Assembly: GCA_011364925.1 (NCBI GenBank)
Contig: RDOA01000014.1
Location: 14,532 to 78,531, forward strand
Length of the DNA stretch: 64,000 nt
Direction: 5' to 3'
Source: Promethearchaeota archaeon
Lineage (GTDB): Archaea > Asgardarchaeota > Lokiarchaeia > Sigyniarchaeales > SOKP01
Each line of letters begins with the position of its first letter. The first letter of the stretch is position 1. A model generated the notes under the pieces. It did not search any database and was not told the origin of the DNA. It saw only the letters and a program-made list of their open reading frames with translations. Shown piece after piece: positions 53,402-63,410 of this stretch. The position numbers were made by a program, and so were the translations under genes.

Positions 53402-55771
53402 CTAAAGTTTAATGGCTCGACTGATGACATTATTGAAATTCTCAATATCGTTAACCAATTTATCCGCATGTTCATCACTGATTTTATCGTCTTTACCATA
53501 TTTATTCAATTCTGTTAACCAGTATTCAATTCTTCCTAATATAGCCTCATTATCTCCTAAAATTTTTCTCACTCTTACAAATGTATCGTGCATTTTATTG
53601 CGAATGTTTTGTGCTTTCCACCTTAACATACAGTAATCTGATACTTCTGCGAGATTTTGAGTAATTGCCATGACATCGATGGTCCTCTCTCTTTCTTCCG
53701 ACTTAATCTTCCGTATTATATTTATCTGTTCAAATAATAGCTCAATAACCTTTGCGAGCCACCCTGTAAGCTGTCCTGCGTTGCCACACCACACTCTTAC
53801 TTCTAACGACTGGCTTGTTTCAGAAACGTAAATTCTTGTAATAATCCTTCCACCCGTTACTTTTGCTTCTGAACAAAACCAAGCTTCGGCTTCATAATTT
53901 CCTTTAGCATCAGAACCTTCATGAGAAGTGACAGCGCTGGTTTCAAAATTTTTCATAGTTCGGATCGCTGCTCTGTATGCTAATCTTGGATCTAGATCAG
54001 CAATTAAGAATGCGCGTGCATCATTCCCTAGCGTTTGTATAGCAGTTTGGCAGTCTTCTATGGTACTCATTGAGGTACAAACTAAAGGACACTTTATTTG
54101 AACCTCTTTTTTTCGAATATGAAGGGTGTGTTTAGTTCCCTGTGCGTCTTTATAAATAACATCACCACCAATACTAGAGATTCCACATTGCTTTGGTTCA
54201 AGATAAAAGTCTACGCCTCTACTATTATTAGCTTCAATAACTGGAATGTTAATTAACGGTTGCTTTAGCTTGTAACTTGAAGGAGCATCTAGAATTACTT
54301 TTACATTATTTATGGCCATAGTACTCAAATTACGAACTGCTATTTTCATATGCACTTGCCCACCTTCAAAATCGTAGTCTCTTACAACTTCGATTTTCCC
54401 TTCTTCTATTGGAGGGACCTTTTTTTGAATTACCTGAGAATCAGCAGAAGTACGTGGAACACTATAAGCCGTGAACATTCTTTTTCCTAGATCGATATAA
54501 CCATCAATATCTCCATTGCCAATTAATTGAGCAAGATTCTCCTCTATACTCGATTCAGTAACTCCTAATCGGTTTGACAATTCTCTTAAAGGCATTGTTC
54601 TATAAGCTCTCGCAATTTCTTTTATTTTAGACTCTAAATACTTCCGAGTCATAAACTCTCTTCGTTGCGTAAAAAGACCTTTAATTTTCCCCGATTTAAT
54701 GAGTTCATGTAAACTTTTCCTCGCTAATTCTACAGCTATTTTAAGCTTCTTTGCAAGGTTTGATAACTCAAATAAGCCAACTTCTTTTGAATACTCTTTT
54801 ATTTCTTTGTAAATTTTTTCTGTAGTTATGATCTCGTTTCCTCTATCGGCAAAAAAACCATTAATTGTATTTAATCTCATCAGATTAACACAGAATGATT
54901 TTGTTAACTCCGTTGGAATATCAAACACTTCTGAAAGTTTGGCTAATGATATCCTTCCTTCCTTATTAATCTCTTCAACCAAACGATCCATAATATATTT
55001 TTGGGTATAGTAAAACTTCTTAGTTTTCGAAAAAGAGCCTTTAATTTGGAATTGACTAATTAATTTATATACAACTTTGATCGCAGCATCAGAACCCATA
55101 TCCAGCATGGTAGCCAAATCAGCAATTTTTAAAATACCCTCATTTTGAATCTTCGAAAGAATTTTCTCCCGAATTTCGTATGAGATGTAATAAAATATCT
55201 GGCTCTTCTGATCGACAATCCCATAAATACGATCCTCATCAATATATTGATTAATTAATTTTACCATCTGTTGTGCGGTCAGTTTGAACGATTCCATAAT
55301 TGTTGAGAAGTTGGCGACAGGAGCTCTTTGTAAAAATTCTAAAAAACAATTTGGGCAAATTTCTTTTCCAATTAACCTTTTCAGTGTCCTACGACATAGA
55401 TTTAGTCGAAATCCTTGAATTAAATTATATTTTGTAGCCTCCCTTGCCAATTGTTCTTTAGTTGGAAAAAATAATCCTGGCGATTTTGAATACGAGTTCC
55501 AATTGCATGTTTCATCCGTACATTCTAAAAAATATTGTCCAGAAGATAATCTCTCTAATCTTAGAAGAGAATTGCACTCGGGACATTTGCTATTCTCGAT
55601 AACGGTACACTTATAGAACTTTTCAGCAGCACTAGCTTTTGAGTAGTGTAATTCGTGTTTTTTACAAACCCAACTTTCCGTGGTTGCCATATGGTGAATA
55701 CAAAAACTCGAATTGCATTTTTCACATGTAAACACAATATTTTGATTTTCGCAGAATTTGCATTCAACCAT
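53402..55771 (-). CDS. Multidomain protein: Zn fingers + five PCI-like winged helices + Ig/platform (adaptin-ear-like) + helical tail
   Basis: CxxC/CxxH clusters in aa 1-145; ~59-aa repeats ending I.G......(F/Y/I); C-terminal beta-sandwich followed by alpha/beta region. Confidence 0.6.
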   Translation of the reverse strand: MVECKFCENQNIVFTCEKCNSSFCIHHMATTESWVCKKHELHYSKASAAEKFYKCTVIENSKCPECNSLLRLERLSSGQYFLECTDETCNWNSYSKSPGLFFPTKEQLAREATKYNLIQGFRLNLCRRTLKRLIGKEICPNCFLEFLQRAPVANFSTIMESFKLTAQQMVKLINQYIDEDRIYGIVDQKSQIFYYISYEIREKILSKIQNEGILKIADLATMLDMGSDAAIKVVYKLISQFQIKGSFSKTKKFYYTQKYIMDRLVEEINKEGRISLAKLSEVFDIPTELTKSFCVNLMRLNTINGFFADRGNEIITTEKIYKEIKEYSKEVGLFELSNLAKKLKIAVELARKSLHELIKSGKIKGLFTQRREFMTRKYLESKIKEIARAYRTMPLRELSNRLGVTESSIEENLAQLIGNGDIDGYIDLGKRMFTAYSVPRTSADSQVIQKKVPPIEEGKIEVVRDYDFEGGQVHMKIAVRNLSTMAINNVKVILDAPSSYKLKQPLINIPVIEANNSRGVDFYLEPKQCGISSIGGDVIYKDAQGTKHTLHIRKKEVQIKCPLVCTSMSTIEDCQTAIQTLGNDARAFLIADLDPRLAYRAAIRTMKNFETSAVTSHEGSDAKGNYEAEAWFCSEAKVTGGRIITRIYVSETSQSLEVRVWCGNAGQLTGWLAKVIELLFEQINIIRKIKSEERERTIDVMAITQNLAEVSDYCMLRWKAQNIRNKMHDTFVRVRKILGDNEAILGRIEYWLTELNKYGKDDKISDEHADKLVNDIENFNNVISRAIKL

Positions 55772-55936
55772 TATCAGTTTTCTCCATCGATGGTACTAGA
55801 TATAATTGAGTTATAATATATATGAAAATTCTGATATAAATTGTTTTATGAGACCAATATTGATTCTTTTGAATTATCGATGCGTTTTTAATTTTGTGAT
55901 TAAACTCCAAAAAACAGTTAAAAGCTTTCATAAGTA

Positions 55937-56647
55937 CTACAACCCTTCCACTGGAAACACAGAGATACGTAAAAAGGAAAGTATCATAACAATAGTATTA
56001 AAAGCGATGATGATAAGTATCATAATATAAAAAATAGTTTTCTTATTATTTTCTTTAGTTTTAACAATAAGAGAGCTACCTTGTTTAGCAAGAGCAAGAG
56101 GAAATAATCCCACAAAGGTGCCTAATGAAAAATAGAACACGACAAAAAATCCTTCTATAAATCCAAACGCAAGTGAGAATGAAATAGATTGTGAGTATAT
56201 TATTAATTCGAAAATACAAGGAGCAAATCCTGCTAAAACTCCAAAAAAATAAGGAGTCTTGTTTAATTCCCAATCTAAACTTGGAATATTCTTGGAATAC
56301 TTAGAATGAGGCATATAATCCCTTCTTGTGACGAAGAATAAAAGAAATATCCCCGCAAACATAGAAGTAAAAGCTCCGAAAAAATTTATGATATAGGGAT
56401 TTGGTATATATTCTGGAAACACAAACCGAGGTACTTGTGTTATTATAACTGTAGCACTTGCAATAATCAGATTTGCACTTATTAAACCTAAACCATACAG
56501 CGCTAAAATAAACAAACTTCGCTTTATTGATTTAGTAATACCGAAAGACCAAAAAAAGAAAATAGCCTTATCTTCACATGGAATAGCTGTATGTAAAATT
56601 CCTAGTAAAAATGCAGGCATGAATATAATAAAAAACTCTTGAACCAT
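55937..56647 (-). CDS. UreH/NiCoT/DsbD_2-like membrane protein (possible metal transporter)
   Basis: About 6 TM segments; FLLGILHTAIPCED, GVLAGFAPC, FSLGT. Confidence 0.6.
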   Translation of the reverse strand: MVQEFFIIFMPAFLLGILHTAIPCEDKAIFFFWSFGITKSIKRSLFILALYGLGLISANLIIASATVIITQVPRFVFPEYIPNPYIINFFGAFTSMFAGIFLLFFVTRRDYMPHSKYSKNIPSLDWELNKTPYFFGVLAGFAPCIFELIIYSQSISFSLAFGFIEGFFVVFYFSLGTFVGLFPLALAKQGSSLIVKTKENNKKTIFYIMILIIIAFNTIVMILSFLRISVFPVEGL

Positions 56648-56740
56648 TGTCTACTGGCTTCTTTTTTAATATTCAAGTAAAAATTACGCATATAATAATT
56701 TAACATTAACCATTATATTAAAGGAATTTTTAATTTTTCT

Positions 56741-57988
56741 TCATTTTTTTAGTAAAATTATGCTAACTCCAAGAAACGATATTATAAGGAAAATTGTTGG
56801 TATAAAGTTAAATGGGAAAAAGTTCTGAACGATCAAATATAATCCTATGAATAATAGACCAAAAAAATTAAAAAAGAAAAGACTTGGCTTAATATACTTC
56901 CTTGTAATCTTAGATTTTCGCGGTATATTAAATATAATAATTATCAAGATTGGAATAAGAATAAGTAAATGATGATCCCAAGAATCAAAATACGCAAGAA
57001 GCATAATAAGTATCCCTAAACAATATCCATTAATTATTGAAAATCGAGAAGATCGACGAAAAATGAATATAAAAAATCCTATGCCTCCAAGAATTAATAA
57101 TATTGAAATCATAACATATATTTGAGATTGAACCAATACACTTGTAGGAATCCCAATAAGATACGAGAAATTAGTGATTAATTTTGTAATACTAAATGAA
57201 TAATTAACCAATGTGTTTGTTTCGCCTGTTATGTTTATCGCAATGAAATCATGCAATAATGCGGGGAATATAAAAAAAAAGATGGCATTGATAGCTAAGG
57301 GTATTAAAGCACCAATTAATCTTACTACACTTTTGGAGAATTCCAGTTTGAATTTTTTTGTTTCATAATTATAGTGAGTTAAAATTATAAATGGAAACAT
57401 GAAAATTGTAATGGGTTTGAATAACACGCTAACACCTAATAAAAGGCTAGCAATAAATTGGATTTTCATTTGATCAGATTTTATAAATAAATATAACGAA
57501 TATACGATTAGGAAAGTAATATACAAATTAATCTGCCCCAGAAAATAATTGAAAACCTGCGGTAAACTCATTAAGAAAAGGCAAATATATAGAACGATTC
57601 GATCGTCTTCTTTTTCATGATCTTCTCTCCGAATGAGAATCCAAATCTTGTAAATGTATATTATTATTATTACATTTAATAACAGATTAATGGTGTTAAA
57701 AATAATAAACCCAAAATCAAAACTCATTAATGAGAATGGTATAAAATAAAAAGCTGCTAATGGTAAATATCTAAAAGGCCAATCATAATAAGCGGGATTA
57801 TATATTTCCTTAAAGTCAGTTAATGCAATTTCACCGGCTCTATAGTATACACGAAAGTCATTCAGTTCTCGAAAGAAGATCAGTGTTAAAATTGTTGATA
57901 AAACGAAAAAAAGAAGGTGTATCACGAGTGTATATTTAAATATAGGTATTTTCCAAAGATCTTTTATTTTGTTTTTAATCATAGTCAA
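56741..57988 (-). CDS. GT87-like (GT-C) polyprenyl-phosphate-sugar glycosyltransferase
   Basis: DFRVYYRAG, PFRYLP, GQIN, FKP, SWDHH; multiple TM segments. Confidence 0.75.
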   Translation of the reverse strand: MTMIKNKIKDLWKIPIFKYTLVIHLLFFVLSTILTLIFFRELNDFRVYYRAGEIALTDFKEIYNPAYYDWPFRYLPLAAFYFIPFSLMSFDFGFIIFNTINLLLNVIIIIYIYKIWILIRREDHEKEDDRIVLYICLFLMSLPQVFNYFLGQINLYITFLIVYSLYLFIKSDQMKIQFIASLLLGVSVLFKPITIFMFPFIILTHYNYETKKFKLEFSKSVVRLIGALIPLAINAIFFFIFPALLHDFIAINITGETNTLVNYSFSITKLITNFSYLIGIPTSVLVQSQIYVMISILLILGGIGFFIFIFRRSSRFSIINGYCLGILIMLLAYFDSWDHHLLILIPILIIIIFNIPRKSKITRKYIKPSLFFFNFFGLLFIGLYLIVQNFFPFNFIPTIFLIISFLGVSIILLKK

Positions 57989-58056
57989 TTTATTTTGAGT
58001 ATTTATAGACTATTTTCTCTCATCACATTTTAATTTTTTGTAATTCACAATTGAGT

Positions 58057-59151
58057 TTATTTATTTTGCTTAGATTCCCATACTTTTTTTACTTTAATTG
58101 CCTTTAAGTATAACAATTCTATTTTTTCTCCAATTTTATTAAAATCATGTAGTTTTACCGCATCGTTATATGCATTATCTGTTATTATCTTTCTATAATC
58201 TAAATTCGAAAGGACTTTGTTGATTCCCATAATGTAATCTTCAACAGATGTAGCTTTATAGCAGGAGTAATCATGAGTAAGCCAATCAAATGCAGATAGA
58301 TTTCTTGCAACAATAGGTACTTTACAAATTGCTGCCTCTATTAATGGAATTCCTTGATTTTCGTTCCAAGAAGTATTTATAAATACTTCAGCACCATAAT
58401 ATGCCTCCCTGATATCATCATAAAATCCAGTAAAAATAACATTTTTTAATTTTCTAGCTTCATCAATTTCTGGATTATTCTTATTTATTGGTCCAACCCA
58501 TACAAAATAATATTCAGGAAATTCCTTTGCAACATCTCCAAACGTTTTAACCCCCTTCTTTTTCCAACTTAACCCGACATTTATTATCACAACCGAATCT
58601 AAGGAAACATCATATTGTTGAGATAAAAATCTTCTAAAATTCACCCTATAACTTGGATCTTTTTCAAATTCTTCTATATGTATTCCATTACTTACCACAT
58701 GTATTGGATAAGTCATTGAAGTTTGTATATTGATTATACAATCTTTAGAAAAATCACTTGGAGTAATTAATAAGTGAGCATTACGATATAGAATCTTTAA
58801 CCAATATTTAAAAATTGAATTAAAAATTGGCTTATCTGGGAGAAAATTACCTGCTAAATCCTCAACAGTAGTATGGCCATGAATTACCACTGCAGCACTA
58901 TCTTTATATTTCTTTTTATACTTACTTATTTGGAGGTAAGTTATTGGATCAAATGTTGATGCTGCAATAATATCAACCTTCTCTCTTTCTAACCAACTGG
59001 GTTCCTTTTCTTTATTTGAAACCCAGATTTTATGACCTCTCTTACGTAAATCCTTAATTATATCGATAGTGTTTGTCTCAATTCCTCCAATCGTTTCTAT
59101 TTTAGTTAATTTCTTAAATATGTTAAAATTCTCAACAAAAATAATATTCAT
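58057..59151 (-). CDS. GT4 glycosyltransferase (CpoA-like)
   Basis: HGHTTVED, TPSDFS, VSNGI, KKG, SWNENQGIPLIEA; ATG 59151 preferred over TTG 59169. Confidence 0.88.
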   Translation of the reverse strand: MNIIFVENFNIFKKLTKIETIGGIETNTIDIIKDLRKRGHKIWVSNKEKEPSWLEREKVDIIAASTFDPITYLQISKYKKKYKDSAAVVIHGHTTVEDLAGNFLPDKPIFNSIFKYWLKILYRNAHLLITPSDFSKDCIINIQTSMTYPIHVVSNGIHIEEFEKDPSYRVNFRRFLSQQYDVSLDSVVIINVGLSWKKKGVKTFGDVAKEFPEYYFVWVGPINKNNPEIDEARKLKNVIFTGFYDDIREAYYGAEVFINTSWNENQGIPLIEAAICKVPIVARNLSAFDWLTHDYSCYKATSVEDYIMGINKVLSNLDYRKIITDNAYNDAVKLHDFNKIGEKIELLYLKAIKVKKVWESKQNK

Positions 59152-59267
59152 ATCTTTCAATATATTCAATCGGAAAAAAGCTTAACTGAATAATGATAAT
59201 AAAATTATTAGAAATCGTCATACAGCTTTAATTCTATTTTCTCCACAAACTTTTTATTAAAAATAAC

Positions 59268-59936
59268 ATGATCTTAGATGTGAATAGCCAGAACAAATTT
59301 GAACGGGATTATTTCGAAGGGGATCATTCTCACTTTTCAAAAACGCTAGGGTACGACGTACTAGTAAGATTAAATCTCTGGCGTTCTAAAATTTACAGAA
59401 AAAAAATAATCAAGTATTCCTCTTTCCATAAAACGCTATTGGATATTGGTTGTGGGTATGGGCATTTCCTAAATATATTAAAAGATGATTTTACAATTTA
59501 TGGGATGGATATTTCCCGACATGCTATTAAGGTTGCTAAAAGAAGGGTATATTGCGATTATGAACAAGGTAATTTAGAAGAAGGTTTTCCCTTTGAAAAG
59601 AAATTCGATATTATAACAGCAATTTCAGTGATTGAACATTTAGAAAATCCAAAAGGCGCTATATTAAAAATTCATTCTCATCTTAATAAAAATGGGTTAT
59701 TTTGTCTGGAAATTCCAACAGTAAGTAACAAATTGAGCAAAAAAGTATACGAACTTTTCTTTGCATCGGATAAAACACATATATTTATCAAATCCGTTGA
59801 GGAAATTGAAAGCCTAATCAGTTCATGTGGTTTTAGAAAACTTGCTTTATATTGTTCGCTTTTTCCGATCTTTACACAAAGGAGAAACTGGGTTAACAAT
59901 TTCAGCTTCGTTTTTGGTATCTTTGAAAAAGTGTAA
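59268..59936 (+). CDS. Class I SAM-dependent methyltransferase
   Basis: LLDIGCGYG, GMDIS, FDII...VIEHLENP. Confidence 0.9.
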   Translation: MILDVNSQNKFERDYFEGDHSHFSKTLGYDVLVRLNLWRSKIYRKKIIKYSSFHKTLLDIGCGYGHFLNILKDDFTIYGMDISRHAIKVAKRRVYCDYEQGNLEEGFPFEKKFDIITAISVIEHLENPKGAILKIHSHLNKNGLFCLEIPTVSNKLSKKVYELFFASDKTHIFIKSVEEIESLISSCGFRKLALYCSLFPIFTQRRNWVNNFSFVFGIFEKV

Positions 59937-59985
59937 TCAATTTAGAATAACTTATAAATAATCTTCGGGAACAAAATTAATAAAC

Positions 59986-60876
59986 ATGGAAGCAGCATTT
60001 TATTGGTTTGGGGTCTTATTAGCTATTTTAGGTGGATGTGCGCATTATTCTGGATTAATTTTAGAAAAATCCGTTATCAATAAAATGCCTATTGAAGTTA
60101 AATTAATGAAAAATCTTATAAAAAAACCACAATGGCTTTTAGCGATCTTTATAAGATTTGGAGTAGGGTCAATTCTGTTTATCTTTGCACAAGTTCTAAT
60201 TGGTCCAGCAATAACTCCTGGCTTGATGGCATCAGGGTTGATTATTTTAGCTGTTGGATCTATAAAAATACTCAACGAAAGACTTAAGTTAGTTGAATTT
60301 GTCGCGATAATAGTAATGATAATTGCAGTAGTATCTATTGGACTAAGTAATCTTTCGATTGCTATAGCTGAAGAAAATTTATTAGATCCCGCATTTCTGA
60401 TTAGAATGATAACTACTTCTTCCATCTTTGGGATAATCTGCACTCTTTTTCAAGTGATTCAGAATAAATATTCCAATATTGCCAGTATTCTACTAGCGTT
60501 GATATCAGGTCTCATGTTATCTCTAAATAATTTTTGGATTACGCCCTTCATTTGGTCTTTAATGAATTTGCTTTCAGGGAATTTCAACTTAGGAATTATT
60601 CTTCTATTCCTGGTTTCAATAGGGATTTTAATAATAGCGAACATATTTGGTGTAATCAAAATGGCACAAGGTTTTAGACTTGGGAGAGCAAGTTATTTAG
60701 CCCCAATTCAAAACGTTCCCGTACAATTAGCTCCCTCGATACTTTACTTTATAGTATTTTTGATGGAGCCTCCTAATTTAGTTTCGATTATTCTCTTTAT
60801 CTTGGGAGTTACTTTAATTATTTTAAGCTCGTTTTTTCTTGGAAGAAGGCAAGCAGAAATAGAAATAATTTCATAG
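59986..60876 (+). CDS. DMT-superfamily (NIPA-like) membrane protein
   Basis: About 9 TM segments; GLILEK, W, ILNERL DMT-like pattern. Confidence 0.6.
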   Translation: MEAAFYWFGVLLAILGGCAHYSGLILEKSVINKMPIEVKLMKNLIKKPQWLLAIFIRFGVGSILFIFAQVLIGPAITPGLMASGLIILAVGSIKILNERLKLVEFVAIIVMIIAVVSIGLSNLSIAIAEENLLDPAFLIRMITTSSIFGIICTLFQVIQNKYSNIASILLALISGLMLSLNNFWITPFIWSLMNLLSGNFNLGIILLFLVSIGILIIANIFGVIKMAQGFRLGRASYLAPIQNVPVQLAPSILYFIVFLMEPPNLVSIILFILGVTLIILSSFFLGRRQAEIEIIS

Positions 60877-60979
60877 GTAATCTTTAAATTAAGTAACCTT
60901 AATTATAATTAAATTTTTTAAATTCGAAAAAATAGTAAGTAGTAAACATTGAAAATTTTAGATTAAGAGGTATTTATAA

Positions 60980-61867
60980 ATGAGGTTATTAAGGACTCCA
61001 GAACAAAGGTTTGAAAACCTTCCCGATTTTCCATTCAAACCCAATTATGTAGAGGTTGATGAAATTAGAATTCACTATTTAGATGAAGGACCTAGAAGTC
61101 AAGAGTGCGTACTACTTATGCACGGGGAACCCTCTTGGTGTTTTCTATATCGCTATATGATTCCTCCTCTTGTAGAAGCGGGATTTAGGACCTTGGCACC
61201 GGATTTAGTAGGATTCGGGCGATCTGATAAACCAACAGAACAAAATGATCATACTTATCTTAGACATGTTGAGTGGATTAGAAAATGGATTAAAACAGTA
61301 GATCTTCAAAATATTACCTTATTTTGCCAAGATTGGGGGTCTCTGATAGGTTTAAGAGTCGCTATAGAAAACCAAGAGCGATTCAGTAGAATAATTCTCT
61401 CAAATGGGGGATTACCGACAGGTGAGCAAAGAATGAGTGATGCCTTCTCAAATTGGAGAGAATTCTCGAAAACTGCAGATAAATTCGATGTTGGAAGTAT
61501 AGTTCAGGGGGCTACAATTACAAAACTATCGAAAGATGTCATTAAAGGCTATAACGCGCCATTCCCTGACGACTCTTTTAAAGCAGGCGCTCGAATTATG
61601 CCATCGTTAGTTCCAATCAGTATAGATGATCCTGAACACGAAAGGAATAAAAGAGCATCAGAAATGTTCGCGAAATGGAAAAAACCGTTTCTAACCGCAT
61701 TTTCTGATGGAGATCCAATCACGAGGGGTGGTGATAGATTTTGGCAACAACACGTACCTGGTGCAAAAGGTCAGAATCACGTTACAATTAAGGACGCTGG
61801 ACATTTCGTTCAAGAAGATAAAGGTCTAGAACTAGCTGATCTTATTATAAAATTTATTAAAAAATAA
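60980..61867 (+). CDS. Haloalkane dehalogenase
   Basis: LRTPEQRFENLPDFPF, MHGEPSW, APDLVGFGRSDKP, CQDWG nucleophile, AGHFVQED. Confidence 0.9.
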   Translation: MRLLRTPEQRFENLPDFPFKPNYVEVDEIRIHYLDEGPRSQECVLLMHGEPSWCFLYRYMIPPLVEAGFRTLAPDLVGFGRSDKPTEQNDHTYLRHVEWIRKWIKTVDLQNITLFCQDWGSLIGLRVAIENQERFSRIILSNGGLPTGEQRMSDAFSNWREFSKTADKFDVGSIVQGATITKLSKDVIKGYNAPFPDDSFKAGARIMPSLVPISIDDPEHERNKRASEMFAKWKKPFLTAFSDGDPITRGGDRFWQQHVPGAKGQNHVTIKDAGHFVQEDKGLELADLIIKFIKK

Positions 61868-62037
61868 TCATAATTTTAATAAATATAATAAAAAAAAATT
61901 AAAAAAAATTAGTTTCGCTTATTTCCACCTAATAAAATAAAGGCAAATTATAATAAGTCAAACAATCTAAATATTCTATTAATCATCTAATTGATTAAAA
62001 ATTTATTTAAATAAAATAGATAGAGCAATGAGTTTTA

Positions 62038-63297
62038 ATGGAAAAAGAAGAAGTTTATTTGAAGCTCTTTAACACAAAACTAATAAGCTTTAAAAAATTA
62101 GGTAATGGGAAAATCGTAGGCACAGGTATTTTAAATCCTCTAATTGAAAAGTTAAGATTATTCGTTATGCTTTATTTACAATCAAATTTTTATAGCAATT
62201 ATAACAATCTTGGAAGATGGAAAGGTAAGATAGTTCCTAACACATTTGCTCCTCCTGTTGGAAGTCGTCCTCAATTCAGAGCGCTTAAGGGTCTTATTAA
62301 GTCTCACTTATTGCCGCACCCCACACCCATTGCAATGACTTTAGCTGTAACATACCGATGTATGGCTCACTGTGTTCATTGTAGTGCTGGGAAACATCAC
62401 AAAGAAGGTGCGAAGGAACTTACAACAAAAGAAGCTAAAAAACTTATCGATGACGCTCTAAAACTGGGTGTAACTATTATTGCTTTTACAGGAGGAGAAC
62501 CATTGCTACGAGAGGATCTTTTTGAATTGATTTCCCATGTTGATCAACGTAAAGCTATGCCAATTATGTTCTCTAATGGATTTTTACTGACAGACGAAAA
62601 CGTACAAAAACTTGCAGATGCAGGTTTATACTCAATTTTCGTGAGTTTGGATAGTCCCATTCCAGAAGAACACAATAAACTGAGAGGAGTTCCTGAGCTA
62701 TTTGAAACTGCTGTTAATGGAATTAAGAAATTGAAATCAAAAGGTGTTCTTGTAGGAATTTCATCGTATGCAACTCGCTCTGCTACTGAAAAAAAAATGT
62801 ATTTAAAATTGCATGAACTAGGAAAAGAATTAGGAGTTCATAATATAATTTATTTTGATGGTGTACCTACAGGTAATATGCTAAAAAACACGAGTGAACT
62901 TTTAACACCAGAACAACGAGAAGAAATCTATAAATATTCTTCTAAAGTCTTCAAAGAAAAAGTTGTACCGCCTCTTTCATCTCAATCATGGCAGAACTCG
63001 GTAGAAGGGAATTTATCAGGGATAGGATGCTTAGCAGCAAATATCCAGTACTATGTATCTGCTTATGGAGATGTTGCTCCATGTGATTTCACTCCTATCT
63101 CTTTTGGAAACATTAGAAAAATACCTTTAAAGAAGATTTGGAGTACGATGGTATCCCATCCAGCATATAGTCACAGAAGTTCCTTCTGTCGGATGCAGGA
63201 TCCTGAATTTCGTCGTTATTATATAGATCCGATCCCTGATGATGCTAAACTTCCATATCCAATAACAAAGCTTCCCCGTGTAGATTATCAGATCTAA
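62038..63297 (+). CDS. Radical SAM protein with SPASM/twitch domain
   Basis: CMAHCVHC, FTGGEPLLR, VSLDS, CLAA...GDVAPCDF..FGNI. Confidence 0.9.
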   Translation: MEKEEVYLKLFNTKLISFKKLGNGKIVGTGILNPLIEKLRLFVMLYLQSNFYSNYNNLGRWKGKIVPNTFAPPVGSRPQFRALKGLIKSHLLPHPTPIAMTLAVTYRCMAHCVHCSAGKHHKEGAKELTTKEAKKLIDDALKLGVTIIAFTGGEPLLREDLFELISHVDQRKAMPIMFSNGFLLTDENVQKLADAGLYSIFVSLDSPIPEEHNKLRGVPELFETAVNGIKKLKSKGVLVGISSYATRSATEKKMYLKLHELGKELGVHNIIYFDGVPTGNMLKNTSELLTPEQREEIYKYSSKVFKEKVVPPLSSQSWQNSVEGNLSGIGCLAANIQYYVSAYGDVAPCDFTPISFGNIRKIPLKKIWSTMVSHPAYSHRSSFCRMQDPEFRRYYIDPIPDDAKLPYPITKLPRVDYQI

Positions 63298-63410
63298 TTA
63301 TTGCAAGTTTTTTTAAAATTCTTAATTTTATATTTCTTTTTATAATTTATTTAGAAAAGGATAAATTAACAAAAAAATACATTTTAATAACATTAAACAG
63401 AGAAAATATA

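Noticed and set aside
55806-56030. 74-aa + strand ORF between two minus-strand genes
   Set aside because: TTG start, no RBS, AT-rich spacer composition, and it overlaps the neighbouring gene antisense
62038-63297. Radical SAM/SPASM as a RiPP maturase
   Set aside because: No adjacent precursor peptide or PqqD/RRE domain seen
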